Source: Glaucostegus cemiculus (taxonomy: Eukaryota). From it: DNA of 64,000 nt. A program made the translations under genes and the position numbers. Shown in pieces: positions 11,649-24,474 of this stretch (position 1 is its first letter; each line of letters starts with the position of its first letter). The notes under the pieces were generated by a model, which did not search any database, had not been told where the DNA came from, and worked only from the letters and a program-made list of their open reading frames with translations. Location: the NCBI GenBank assembly GCA_976551045.1, contig CDPCPM010000060.1, positions 25,916,001-25,980,000 of the forward strand, given 5' to 3'.

Positions 11649-12584
11649 CGTGCATAAGGGGTTCAGAATAAAGCTATTGAAATGCATTGTGAGTTAGGGA
11701 ATTTCAAACCTTTTGGATTCTTTGTTGGGGTAGAAATTAGTCTTTAGAACTAAGCACACTGCACTCTGAATCCAATATTCATTTCCATTAACTTCAGCAA
11801 TGAAAGGGGGGTTTCAAGAGAGACAGATGCACCTGTACAATGCCTCTGTTAAATAAAGGCAGGGTTTTGAAGTTACTTACACTTCTTGCAAAAGGCTGTA
11901 TAAGACCCTCAATAAGTTAACATTGGCCCTATAAAGAAATGAAATACATAGCTCTCAGTAGACACATAGCTTATATTGGCTATCTATGTTTACCCAATTT
12001 TATTGCTGGCGACTAAATAAATCATAAGAATTTGGACTGCAATCAAGAAATAAAAACATTTTTGCATAGTGTCACATAATTCTTTGCACAGTACAGTGGG
12101 TTAAATCTCTAGTAGATTGATATCAAGTTAAAAAATAACTTTTAATTGATTAAAATAACAGTTTGTATTATTTATACAGAAATAGAGATCAGGAAGCTAA
12201 TGGTTTTGGTCAGTAAGACAAATAGTTTTGATGTGAAAATGCTGCCTTTTGTAACATTGAGACTATTCTCACCACTGTCAGACAGGCGGAGAAAGCATTT
12301 ATATTTATTTTAATGAATCATATTGACTTTCAAGCTAACCTTCATCTTCCTGATTTTAATGTGAGGGTAGATATATGTACAATAATCTCTTGACCCCCCT
12401 AACTTATAAATGGCTCTAGGGAGTTTCAATCTTCCTGGATTGTCCATTTTTGTTTAAAGTTCACAGGTTGTACTCTGTCACGCAGATACAAACCCTAATG
12501 TTAGTAAGTCTGTTACTGTAACATTACATCTAAACAACTAAAGTAAATATACAGGAATAATCTCAATACAACTTGAAGGCACTT

Positions 12585-12870
12585 CCAGTCCCATGCCCTA
12601 TAATCCCACCCCCTCCAATCCCAGGACTTTCAATCCCATTCCCTTCAATCCCATGGCCTTTAATTCTATGTACTCCAATCCTCTCCTCTCCAACCCCACG
12701 TCCTCAGTTCCCATGCCCCAGTCTCCCTCTTCTCCATTCCCATTCCCTCCAACCCCCATGCTCTCCAATCACATTCCTTCCAGTCTCTTCCCCTCCAACA
12801 CCATTTCCTCTATTCCCATGCCCTCAATCCCTTTGACCTTCAACCTTACCTGATCCCATTCCATGCCCTT
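12585..12870. repeat. C/T-rich low-complexity tract (degenerate CCCATG/CCAATCCC motifs)
   Basis: Pyrimidine-skewed short motif repeats. Confidence 0.7.
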
Positions 12871-13378
12871 TCATTTATTGGATACTTTTAACCTGTGACA
12901 TGGTGTGTACAGGACTAGCTGCCAAGTAAACTGTGTGACAGATATCAACAAATAAACTTATAAAACTGAATAATGCTGTCATAATATGTCACTGCAGTAA
13001 TCTTTAATAAATCAGTCTGAAACAGCCAGAACATAAAGGTTGTGGTTTCCCAAAGTGCACAGATAGTGAGTGCTTGAACTAGTAAGTACATGAGTACGTG
13101 TGTTTGAGTGTGTATGTGCGTGTATGAACATGTTGTGAGTGTTTGTGTGTCTCGCTAACACAAGTGTACAAATTCATGTGCATATGTATGATATGCCTAC
13201 TTCCTGTGTTGTGATTTCTTTTGTGTAATTGGAGAGTGCAGTGTTTGGGCACTGTCTGAGCTGTGCATAATGTGTTTGTTTTGTGTAATATGTGTGGTTT
13301 GTGCAGTCAGTGTTTTTTGTGCGGTCTCTGTGCATTTGGAGACTGTATTTTCTGTGCAGAATGTTTTTGATTTATGCC

Positions 13379-13379
<1 letters not shown>

Positions 13380-13434
<55 letters not shown>

Positions 13435-13680
13435 GCACACGTGTGCCTCTGTGTGTGTGCGCACGTGTGCCTCTGTGTGTGTGTGTGTGTGTGTGTGTTT
13501 GCATGTGTGCCTCTGTGTGTGTGTGTGTTTGTGCTTTGAACAGTGTCTGTCGTGAATGATGTGTATATCTTAAGCATTGTGTGTCCTGTATATGTGTATA
13601 TTTTAAGCAGTGCGTGTATGTGTTTTGAGCAGTGTGTGTGTGTGTGTGTGTGTGCGGTGTGTGTGTGTGTGTGTGTTTTA
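13380..13680. repeat. (GT)n microsatellite and degenerate TG-rich flank
   Basis: Pure (GT)n at ~13380-13429 followed by interrupted GT runs. Confidence 0.95.
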
Positions 13681-14750
13681 TATGATATGTATTGTTTTGA
13701 GAAATGTATTTTTTTTATTTTTTATGCTGTACGTGTGTGTATGTGTGTTTTGAGCAGTGTATATGTTTTTATAACTATGAATGGAGTGTAACATCTAAAG
13801 GGGTCTATTGTGTATGCAAGAGTTGAATCTTGGGTCAAAAGCCCTTGTCTGTAACCTCAGACTGGAATTCCAGATGGTGAAGTCAGGAATAGTGGTAGTT
13901 CTCAGTTCATCAATTTCATGTGCTTGGGATCTCTGCACTAGGTATATGGGCTGCCTCACAAGCCAATGTGGCATTAATGGAGAACAAATTGAGACATATC
14001 CTCTTTTTAATTAGTTCCAGAATCATGAAGATTTAACGAGAAGAAGTGCTCAGTGGACCGTATAAGACTGTTTCACCGTCCACCAGTTGAAAGCTTCTAA
14101 ATACTGAACTCTGTTCTGCCAACCTGATAAAAATGTAGGGCAATAAAGATTTTAATGACACCTCACAAACGGTGTTTACTGAATGTGTTTTCAATGGGTC
14201 TGAAAGTATTGAGTGTCCTTCATAGGAATAAGATTAGTCAAATCAAAGTCATTTCACAGCATGCTGATAGATGAACCTGTGGTCAGATAAAGGCATATTG
14301 TTGCTTCTGAATTTATAACATTCATATTTTTGTGTTATGAAAAATGTGTTTAGTGGATATGATTGGAACTACAAATGTTTATCAGAGCTCCCACTGTCTC
14401 CCTCCCCATTCCAAATTTCGCAAGCTTATGATATGCTGCTCAGGAGCTATTTTCCTCATTCTGCACAATCCCACACCCACTGAATTCTTTGCAAACAGTA
14501 GGAAGATCTCCTATGCTTTCTATTCCTGGTTAAATGCTAGTGGTATCCTTAAAGAAGGCAAGATTTAACTTTAACTAGCACCAGTAATGTTCTTTTCAAA
14601 CATCCAATGTACTCTAAATCAATGAAATACCCTCAGCGATCTCCAGTACAAAAGGCTTGGAACTGAGCAGGTTTGAAAGAACTCGATGTATTCTGAATGT
14701 AGGTACTGATCTTTCTTGATCTTTAACAGCAGTTTTTGTACACCTGAGGT

Positions 14751-14950
14751 AAGATCTCTTTATTAGTCACATGTACATCGAAACACACAGTGAAATGCAT
14801 CTTTTTGCGTAGAGTGTTCCGGGGGCAGCCCACAAGTGTCGCCACGCTTCCGGCACCAACATAGCATGCCCACAACTTCCTAACCTGTACATCTTTAGAG
14901 TGTGAGAGGAAACCGGAGCACCCGGAGGAAACCCACACAGACACAGGGAA
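14751..14950 (-). mobile_element. V-domain SINE (5'-truncated), Rex-like tail subfamily
   Basis: Highly similar to the 16212-16516 and 21823-22119 copies. Confidence 0.9.
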
Positions 14951-15184
14951 AGTGGGGAGAATGTAATTGTTGAATGTTACTTGTAAGTAACTCTGGGCTT
15001 TATGTGTAACTATATACTATGCAAAAGAACTTAAAAAAACATTTGTACATGATACTTACAATGCAGGATGAAGCAACACAAGAGAAACTGAGCGAAGTTT
15101 TTGGAAGCTCATGATCCACTTTGGGAATCCCAAATGTGTGAGTTTTTGGATTTTGGATGTATTTGGGATATTCAGACTGGGGAT

Positions 15185-15520
15185 CTTTATCTGTTGAAAG
15201 CTAGCTTCTGTTGTTGTATAGGAAGCTAGGCAGCGAGTTTCTGCACAGCAAGATCCCACAAAACAGATCAGATGAGCAGATCACATTTTTTAATGGTGAT
15301 CATTGAAAGGTAAATATTGACCAGGATAACAGGGATATTCAGAACAATGCAGTGGGATCCCTTATATTCATCTGAGAGAGCCGATGTGGCCTTCGAACAC
15401 CTCTTATGACAGACAGTTGCTCTGACAGTGCTGAACCTCCTCGGAACAGCACTAGAGCATCAGTTCATCGTGCTTGTTTCTGGAGTGGGACTTGAAACCA
15501 GCACCTTCTGAAGTGGGAGG
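15185..15520 (-). mobile_element. Ancient Deu-domain SINE (SacSINE/AmnSINE-like)
   Basis: Reverse complement contains TTTGTGGGATCTTGCTGTGC and the head sequence ggtttcaagtcccactccag. Confidence 0.7.
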
Positions 15521-16034
15521 GGGGGTGGGGGTGCTGCCAGCGAGCCACAACTAATGGAGCAGGTTGTCCTGCAGGACGTCATTTCACCCAAATATATTGA
15601 TACGTGAGAACAAAGCTCTAAGACCCCAAATGATACTATAGTCTGATTAGCTTGGACCACAACTGCTTCCACTGCCCTTTGAAGGGTTCCAAAGACACGC
15701 ATCTTTCTGAGAGAAATAAAAGCACTTTAATTTGGGGGAAAAAAAGGATAGAGAGGCAGAGAGGTCAAGACCAGTGGAGAATTCCAGCGCTGGGGCCCAG
15801 GTGGGTAGGTATGGCTGTTAAAGCTGAAGCAAAGGAAATTAAAGATTGCAAGAGGGACAAAAGTGAAGGAAAGTGTTTGGAATGTACTAGGCTGGATAAG
15901 GTTATAGAGATAGGAAGAAGCAAGACCAGGGAGGCATTTGAAAAGAGAGATGAGAATGAGAAGGATTGTTATTGCTGGCTAAGTAACAGAGGAGCAGTCC
16001 ACCTCTGAGAGCCATAATATGATGTTACTCTTGA

Positions 16035-16565
16035 AAGTTATTTATACAGCAGGGAAACAGGCCTTTCAGCCCAATGCATCCATGCCGACCAATTTGCCTA
16101 CCCAAGCTAGTCCCATTTCTCCAGGTTTGGCCCATATCCCTTTAAAGCTTTCCTGTCCATGAACTGTTTAAATGTTGTAACTGTATCCATCTCGACCACT
16201 TTCTCTATCAACCACGGTAGTGTAGTGTAACACTAATAGAGCTAGTGTAACACTATTACAGCGCCAGCTACCCAGGTTCAATTCCAACCGCTGTCAGCAA
16301 GGAGTTTGTACGTTCTCCGCATGTCTGCGTGGGTTTCCTCCGGGTGCTCCGGTTTCCTTCCACATTCCAAAGACGTACAGGTTAGGAAGTTGTGGGCATG
16401 CTGTGTTGGTGCCGGAAGCGTGGCGACACTTGCGGGCTGCCCCCAGAATATTCTACAGAAAAGATGCATTTCACTGTGTGTTTCGATGAACATGTGACTA
16501 ATAAAGATATCTTATATACCCACCACCCTGTATGTGAAAAAGTTGCCCCTCAGATCCCTTTTAAG
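16035..16565 (-). mobile_element. CR1-type 3' end interrupted by a SINE
   Basis: CR1 sequence at 16035-16210 resumes at 16517-16565, either side of the SINE. Confidence 0.8.
16212..16516 (+). mobile_element. tRNA-derived V-domain SINE
   Basis: B box ggttcaattcc, core GTGGGTTTCCTCCGGGTGCTCCGGTTTCC, tail ...catgtgactaataaagatatctt. Confidence 0.9.
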
Positions 16566-16635
16566 TTATTGTTGCAAGGGAAGTATGACAATAAATCTTT
16601 TATCAAACCATAAATAATGAGCAAAGATTAGTAGC

Positions 16636-17132
16636 AACACAAGAAACTGCAGATATTGGAATCTGGGACAACAGACAAAAAAATGAGAGGAACTCAGTGG
16701 GTCAGGCAGTATCTGTGATAGGGGTATACCTTATATAAGATGATGAGAGGTATTGGTCAGGTAGATAGTCACAGGCTTTTCCCCAGGGCTGAAATGGTGG
16801 CCACAAGAGGACATTGGTTTAAGGTGCTGGGAAGTAGATATAGAGATGTTGGGGATAAGTTTTTTACTCAGAGAGTGGTGAGTGCGTGGACTGGGCTGCC
16901 GGAAACGGTGGTGGAGGCGGATACAATAGGGTCTTTCAAGAGACTGTTAGATAGGTACATGGAGCTGAGTAAGATAGAGGGCTATGGGTAATCCTAGTAA
17001 TTTCTAGTGTAGGGACATGTTCGGCACAGCTTTGTGGGCTGAAGGGCCTGAATTGTGCTGTAGTTTTTCTATGTTTCTATGTAGAGGGAAATGGACAGTC
17101 AATGTTTCTGGTCAAGACCCTTCACCTGGACT
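16636..17132 (-). mobile_element. Penelope-like terminal fragment split by a CR1 insertion
   Basis: The element stops at ...gcagtatctgt (~16716) and resumes gtagagggaaatggacagtc (17081). Confidence 0.7.
16730..17080 (+). mobile_element. Young CR1-type LINE 3' end
   Basis: MMRGIGQVDSHRLFPRAEMVATRGH...FKRLLDRYME; nearly identical to the 58155-58640 and 31755-31958 copies. Confidence 0.92.
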
Positions 17133-19705
17133 TAAAATTAATGACTGCTGGTTATACAATTGCACCTGTTTGAAATTCCTCCTTGAATAATTGCCTTGAA
17201 GTTCTAAGTGCCAGGTTGGCAGCTTCAGAACCCCTCTAGGCAATGAGAAGGTAGGTCCAATATTTATGGTTAATGACAAAGGAACAGCCACCCTGCTAAC
17301 CTCGAGGAAATCTCCTCATAAAGTCCTAGCAACCTCTGAAGCGAGAGCTCCCTTTTGCAATGTCAGGCATCAGTTCCACAGGTCCCCAAGCAACTTGCGG
17401 CTCTGATGTCAGCAGAACATTAAAATATTCTTCAAGTATACCAGGAAATAAGAAGCTTAACTTTTAAATAACTTCTTATCTACTGCACTGAGTGATAAAG
17501 ATTGGCACATCCATTTGGTGGAAAAATATTAAAAGCAGAATATCTTTTAATTGGTGAGAGATTGAAATGCTTTCAGAAGACATGGATGTCCCTCTACAAT
17601 GTTACTGTGAATGTTCAGCAAGCAGTTAGGAAGATAAGTTTCCTTTATCACAGGAGGTTTTGAGTAGAAGAACGCTGAGCCAAGTCCCGTGGTTGCCTTT
17701 TAATGCTGGACCTACGTTCTTTAATCCTCCATTGGCCCCAGAATTGTACTGACCATTTCCCCCAATGCTCACTGATCTAACTCCCACACCCCAATCACCC
17801 AAGGCCTCCAAGCTCACTGATCCCCCAAGCCCCCCATCTTCCAATCCCACAGAGCCCTCTGTCTCCACTTTAATCCAGTTCATTATCTGATTGACAACCA
17901 AACCCAACCCACCCCATGATCCTGTACCACCCCTAACCCTCCAACCTGACTCATACTACTACCCTGCTCCCCCCACCGTCACCCCCATCCCAGGTGGTGC
18001 TCTTTCCATCACCCAAGGGGCTCCCTCAAATCAGACCTGTCCCTGATGGCACCTTTCCTTTGGAGGAGCATATTTATCGAAGGCCTCAGGCACTGCTGGG
18101 GTTTGCAGCTATGGGCCCACAGAACAGTTGCTGGTGCATCGCTCAGCAGTCATACAGTACAGTGAACCAACAACTGTTCGATGTGGACCCTTCACTGCAA
18201 ACTACAGTGGCACATGGAAGAACAGGGGGCTGTACAATCTGGGTCAGTGTTCATCCCTCAACATAAAACAGATTAACAAGTCACTTATTTCATTTGCCGT
18301 CTTTGGCACTTTGCTGTGCATAACCTGCCTGGCATGTTTGTCCACCCAATGACTACAGCTCAAGAGAAACTCATCAATATAAGATCTTTTTTTTCCCCAT
18401 AATCTCCTCAATAGCTAAGTGAGTAGAACAGCAGGCACCTCAGTCACCTGTTCAGAGGAAGGTGAGGGCATTGCTTAATGTTATTTGCTTGCAGCCTCTC
18501 CTTGTCCTGCCACTGTGGGAACTTCCACATAACCTAAACAAAGCAGCTTAACAGAGCTCGTGTTTGAAGGGTGAGGAGGAAGTGTTACATGATTAATAGA
18601 CAGAAGCTGGGTTCTGCAGGTGCAAGAGCACTCCTACGGGAGTAAGTCCTTCTCATCTTTCTTCGTCCTCACATGGGATTCCTCATGGTGCAATACTTCA
18701 TGATCCTTAGAATGTCAAGTCTTTTAATCCAGGTTTCTTGTACTTAATTTCTCTGTTTCTTGTGCAAACCAGTACAATGAGGCCTGAAGCTTTGCCCGAT
18801 GTCATAAGTGGGAGGTTTAAAGCCTGTGTTGAGAATTCTTCTGGGGAATTGACTGCCCTGGCAGGAGGAGCCATCGACCTCCTGGCTCTGGGTGAGGCCT
18901 CGACAGAAGCCAGATACCAGAAGTGCATCTCCAGCTACAATCAGCTTCATCCCTTTGGCTTCCCTCCCGCCCTCCATCCTACTGTATTCAAGGGACACAC
19001 TGCCCTCTAGACAGGATGGCCAAAGTTTTCTTCAGAGGACAGATTGCCTGTGGAGTCCAACAGACAGGAGTAGCTTTCCTCAGTTACTTGCCACCCATGA
19101 GTCTATCCTTAGGAGCTGGGCTCATTCTCTACACTTATTGGATGCTTGTGGAGAGGTTAAGTTGATGTCCAGGTCAACTTATTTGTCTTATACATTGAAC
19201 TGGGGATAGGATTTCATCTGTGATTGCTTCTGCTAAACACCAACATCCATTGTGCTACACCTCTTGACGCTTGGCTCCGTCGACCACAGTGTAAAGCAGG
19301 GATGGGAGTGGGCGGGAGGGGAGTGCAAGGACGGGGACTCAAGGCAGATCAGAGTGCCAGCGTCCATTTGTGCCATCTATCCCTTGGATTAGTAAATCAC
19401 AGAAGGAGGCCATTCAGCCCCTCAATTCACTACTGGTCTAATCCAGCCTTCCATTTCTACACTGTTGTGGGTTGCAGATCTTCAAGTACTCCGTTTAAAT
19501 GTGATGAGGGTTTTTGCCTTTTCCAGCCCCTCAGGCAGATTTCCAGACCCCAAATGAGTGAAAATGCTCTTCCTCATCTCTCTCTAATCCTCCTACTGAT
19601 TACAGCATGAAATTATAATCTCTGCCCGTCATCCGCTCTGGTTATTTGACAAATCAACTTAAATCTGTGTCCTCTGGTTATCAACCGACCTGCCACTGTC
19701 AAAAG

Positions 19706-19918
19706 GAGACACAAGAGACTGCAGGTGCTGGAACCTGGAGCAACAAGTGATCTGCTGGAGGAACTCTGCGGGTCGAACAGCACGTGTGGGGTTGGGGGGG
19801 GGGGGATTGTTGAGAAATTGGCAGGACCCGATGCAGGGTTTTGACCTGAAATTTTGACAGTTCCTTCCCCCCACAGAGTTCCACAGAGTTCCTCCGGGAG
19901 CCAGATTGTTTGTTGCTG
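19706..19918. mobile_element. Fold-back Penelope-derived element
   Basis: GAGACACAAGAGACTGCAG terminus plus an inverted partial arm ending gagttcctcc..cagattgtttgttgct. Confidence 0.75.
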
Positions 19919-21822
19919 CTGTCAAGACCCGTGATGATTTTAAACCCCTCAATTAAATCTCCCCTTAACTTTCTCTTGAGGACAATCTCAATTTCTTGTT
20001 GGCCTTTTGGTAATGAATAATGCAGGCTTTTAATTAGGCCATTGGAAGATGATCTTGGCTCAGAAGGAAATGCACTACCCTTCTACCAGCCTTTCTGCTG
20101 GCTGAACTCAATGAGAGAAGTCAGTCAAATCTTGCATGAAAGCAACATAAAAGATTCTCTTTCCCCTCTTTGTTTAATCAATTTCAGCACACGTTCAAGC
20201 CTCTTTCTCTTGTCTAAATAAAGGAAATGGCAGCTTGACATGGCTCCCAATGGGTTAAGCTGTATTCATCTATAGAATGAGTTACTGGCGGCTGTTATTC
20301 CTACTAGGGCCAAAAGAGGGTCACGTTCACTATCCATCTACTGTCTGTGGTTGCTCTACTCTCCGAGGCTATTGGTTAAAAGTTGTAAAGAGAATGTAAG
20401 TTTTGACAGATATCTGGTTGGTTGCCTGTTTTTACAGTTGGACTCTGAACTTGCAAAGGAAACAGCAAAGGGCCTGTCTAGAAATACTTGTGATTCCCTT
20501 TAGAGATTGACTACCTTGGATGCTTGGAAGAAGAGGCCAGAGTTCAAAGGGAGAATCAAGGGGTTAAGAGAATTCCCTTTTCCTATTGAACTCATCCAGG
20601 AGTGAAAATAGTTTGCTCTCTCACCTCAGTTCTGTTTACCAACGTACCTTGTGCTGTGGCACAACAGTGTTCAGTATTTGGGAAATGTTTGGCTCCACTA
20701 TTTACTGGCATTGCATAGCTCCATCCTCCGCAGATTATCTATTTGGTCCATGTTTGCTTGTTGGGATGTTACTGTAACACGTGTCGAGGATCGTTAGTTA
20801 TTATTGGTCCCTAGACAATACTAAGTTCGAGAGGGTGAAGGAGTGACATACAGAAGATGCAATGAAGCGTGCCTGAAGAAAATTATACTGCAGCCAAGAA
20901 ACACAGTTCCATCCTGTACTCTTATAATAGTCCCATTGACTGGACAACAGGATTATCTGCACTTAAGTTTTCTCTCCCTTATTGGTAAGTTATTTTTCAG
21001 GGGTCACCTATGTGTCAGTAGGTTACACACTTGCCTTTGAAGCAGAAGGCTGTGAATACTAGTGCTGGCTCTGTGCAAAATCTAGACTGATACTCAAGTG
21101 CACTCTTGAAAGAATGCTGCACTATCAGGAGGGACATGTTTTGGATGAGACACCAAATTCCAGCTGCATCTTACCTTGTGGGCAAATTAAGACATCCTAT
21201 TGCACGATTCTGAAAAATGTGAACGATTCTGGAAAATGTGAACGTTTTCTGAAAAACGTTATGTCCTGACAAATTATATTTCAACCAGGTTCAAGAAAAT
21301 CCAGATTCCCTGGTCAATACCACAAGGTTGTTTGAGGAAGGTTTCTGTGTCTAAATTGGGTTCAACAGTGTCAACAGTGACTATACTTCAAAATGATCAT
21401 TCATGTTGTCAAATATCTTACAATCAATTCAATATTTTGGGGTTTCTCTACATCTTGTAATCCACAAAATCTGGCCTTTATGCTCCTTTCTCAGGTCTTT
21501 TTGGGTTCCTGTGCCGATTTCCCACACCCTTAGTAACATGTTCCAGATTCTGAAGACACATTATGAACAGAAATACATCATATTATTTACCTGTGATATA
21601 ATGGTGTCCCTAAGTTTAATAAGTCCTAGACTGATTGTGATGGACCCAACCCATTGCCTGGAATCACTACTTGTGGATCCCTCCTGCCTAGCTAGTCTCA
21701 CTGGCCCTCCATACTCTCACATACAGTGGTAAGATCTCACTACCAACTGGCCCCAGGTGGTAGATGTGGAGTTCCCACCCCAAAATCCTGCTAACAGGAT
21801 TTGACAGCTGGCAAAACTGGCA

Positions 21823-22119
21823 GGCATGGTAGCATAGTGGTTAGCATAATGCTTTACAGCACCAGCGACCCAGTTCAAATCCGGCCACTGTCTGTAAGGA
21901 GTTTGTACATTCTCCCTGTGTCTGTGTGGGTTTCTTCCGGGTGCCCTGTTTTCCTCCCACATTCCAAAGACGTACAGGTTAGGAAGTTATGAGCGTGCTA
22001 TGTTGGCGCCGGAAGCGTGGCGACACATGCGGGCTGCCCCCCAAAAATCACTAAGCAAAAAATGTATTTCACTGTGTGTTTTGATGTACATGTGACTAAT
22101 AAAGATATTATATCTTATC
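21823..22119 (+). mobile_element. Near full-length tRNA-derived V-domain SINE
   Basis: Pol III A box TAGCATAGTGG (21830), B box GTTCAAATCC (21873), V core and tail. Confidence 0.92.
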
Positions 22120-22964
22120 AAAGCTTCTGTCAAAGCTATCATTACACTGTTGTAATGTAGGAAATGAAACAGGCAATTTAAGTGCTGGGTCACACAGAAA
22201 TACAATTAGAAATGTAATAGCAATGAAATAATATTTGTAATATTGTGGATTGAGGGATAACTGTTGGCTGGGTCATCAGGTATAACTGCCCTTCTCTTCT
22301 ATCCCGTGGGATTTGTAAGTTTACTTAATGGATCAAATGGGATCTCTGCATAAAAGACAGCACCGACAACAGTGCAGCAATCCCACTGCACTGCACTAAG
22401 TTATGAATTCACAGCATTACAAATGTGAGCATCCTCAACAGAGTCATGTCTGACACATCTTTAAGAAAAATAAAAGTACAGTTAATTCTATCACAGAAGT
22501 GCAGGAAGTAACCTATTAGTCGGCAATGGAAACAACAGCACGGGTCCTTGACATGAAAGATTTGAAATGTTCTTATGTTATGATTAAGATAAAACTTCCT
22601 TTGGAAGTAAATGTGGGGAATGCAGATCAAGGCTATACAAATGTACAGTATTATTGGAACTATTTTAACAGGATACTCTATAAATGTATGTTTGTTATCC
22701 TGGATCCCGCTCAGGATAACTGACAGACAAACAGATAACATACATTAAGGCAACACAGCACTATACACAAATGTGAAGTCACACTGCATGCATTGTTCTA
22801 ACATCCAGCATCATTGAGGTGCCCCCAAAGATTTGGCCAACAGCCATTCTTTAGAACACATTTAGGACAGAAACCTTCCAGATATTAATTAGAAACATGT
22901 GGTATGAAACATTTAGAAACATGAATTCATACAGTAAAGAAGAAGGTCATTTTGGCTCATTATC

Positions 22965-23215
22965 CTAGAACATAGAACAGTACAGCACAGGAACTGGCCC
23001 TTCGGCCCACCATGTATCTGCCAACCGTGATGCCAATTTAAACTCATCCAATCTGCCTGCTCATGGTCTGTATCCCTCCATCCCCTGCCTGTTCATGTGC
23101 CATTCTAAAAACCTCTTAAATGTTGCTATCATACCTGCCTCCACTACCTCCCCGGCAGCATTTTCCAGGCACCTACCACTGTCTGTATAAAGAACTTGCC
23201 CCGTACACCTCTTTT
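22965..23215 (-). mobile_element. CR1-type LINE 3' end
   Basis: tagaacatagaacagtacagcacagg...ggcccttcggcccac. Confidence 0.85.
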
Positions 23216-23414
23216 ATCCCTGTAGTAGCTCTTTGAAGGACGTTTCACAAATAACCTCATCCCCTGCTTATTCCACACAATCCTGCATTCAATAGTGTGC
23301 CTAAATCATGCTTCCCATGATGGGAAGAAGATGATTTACATAGTCCCCTTGCTCAATGTCACCCTGAAGTGCTTCACGCACACAGAATTAGTTACAATAA
23401 ATGTAAGTCAAAAA

Positions 23415-23620
23415 ACTACTGAAGCTGCAAATCTAAAATAAAAATAGAAACTGCTAGAAATACTCATCAGGTTGGGCAGCATCTGTGGAAAGAGAAGCAG
23501 AGTTAAAGTTTTGGGTCAAAGACCCTTTGTCAACATTGGGAAAGAGAGAAAACAAGTTCTAAGTTTGCAGAGAGGGTTGGGGAGGGATGGAAGGGACAGA
23601 GAGAATATTCAGATAGGGTG
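23415..23620 (-). mobile_element. Older Penelope-like terminal fragment
   Basis: ctgctagaaatactcatcaggttgggcagcatctgtggaaagagaa...gggtcaaagaccct; related copies at ~285-365, 2670-2770, 36760-36810 and 39100-39155. Confidence 0.6.
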
Positions 23621-24474
23621 AGGCTAGTGTTATATACTCTATATGAAATCATCTGGTTGATAGGTTAATGAAGGAAGACTGAGAAAGAGAACATGAACAA
23701 AGGGATATAAAAGCTGTGAAATGCAGAGCTGTAGAAAATGTCTAGCAGGTCAGGCTGTGTTATTGGAGAAAGAAGAACTGAACCAATAATACAGATGATG
23801 ATGACAGCAGAACTGCTTTTTGAGTTCCAATCCCACTCTCAGAGGGTTTCAGAACATCTATCCTGGGGTGAATCAGATCTTGGTTGGAGGTGGGGAGGTT
23901 GTGAAGGGGTATCTGACACCTTTATTAGGGTACATAGTCTCGTGGAAGGCAAATTCTCAGAAAGTTCTTATTCCAGGGACCTCGCCAGACTAAGAGGGTC
24001 TGATGTGATGGATCTTGGTCAGATGATGAGTTGCAGAAAATTACTCCAGTTCCCACAAGCAGTTCTTAAGGACACTTACCATCCCCCAAATACTGCCTTC
24101 CTCCTCCTTCAGCTGCCAGGCTCCCTGATGTATTGTTGAACCTACAAAGCAGGTCAGAGCAGAGAACTCCAAACTCTAATTAACTGTAGTCACCTCCAGG
24201 AAGGGTCCCACCTTTGCTAGACCGGCAAAAGGTTGAGCAGGATAAAATAATTGGGCAGGACAGGTTGGGCAAAAGGCAGGGCAGGGTCAGTTTCAAATCT
24301 TAAAATGTTATCATCATGCCCAAATCCAACCCACCTTCCCAAGGATTTCAGGCTGTAAGTAGGCAGAAGGGCTGGAAAAGGGCAAGGAGGAAGAAATGAA
24401 CAGTAGGCATGGTCTATGACAAGGTGGAAATCAAGAAAAATTGACCATGGAAACATGGGGCAAATGGCCTCTTA

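Noticed and set aside
13197-13791. VCVC and HTHT ORFs
   Set aside because: Translation of GT microsatellites.
21823-21890. tRNA gene
   Set aside because: The A and B boxes belong to a SINE head that continues into the V core and tail; no complete cloverleaf.
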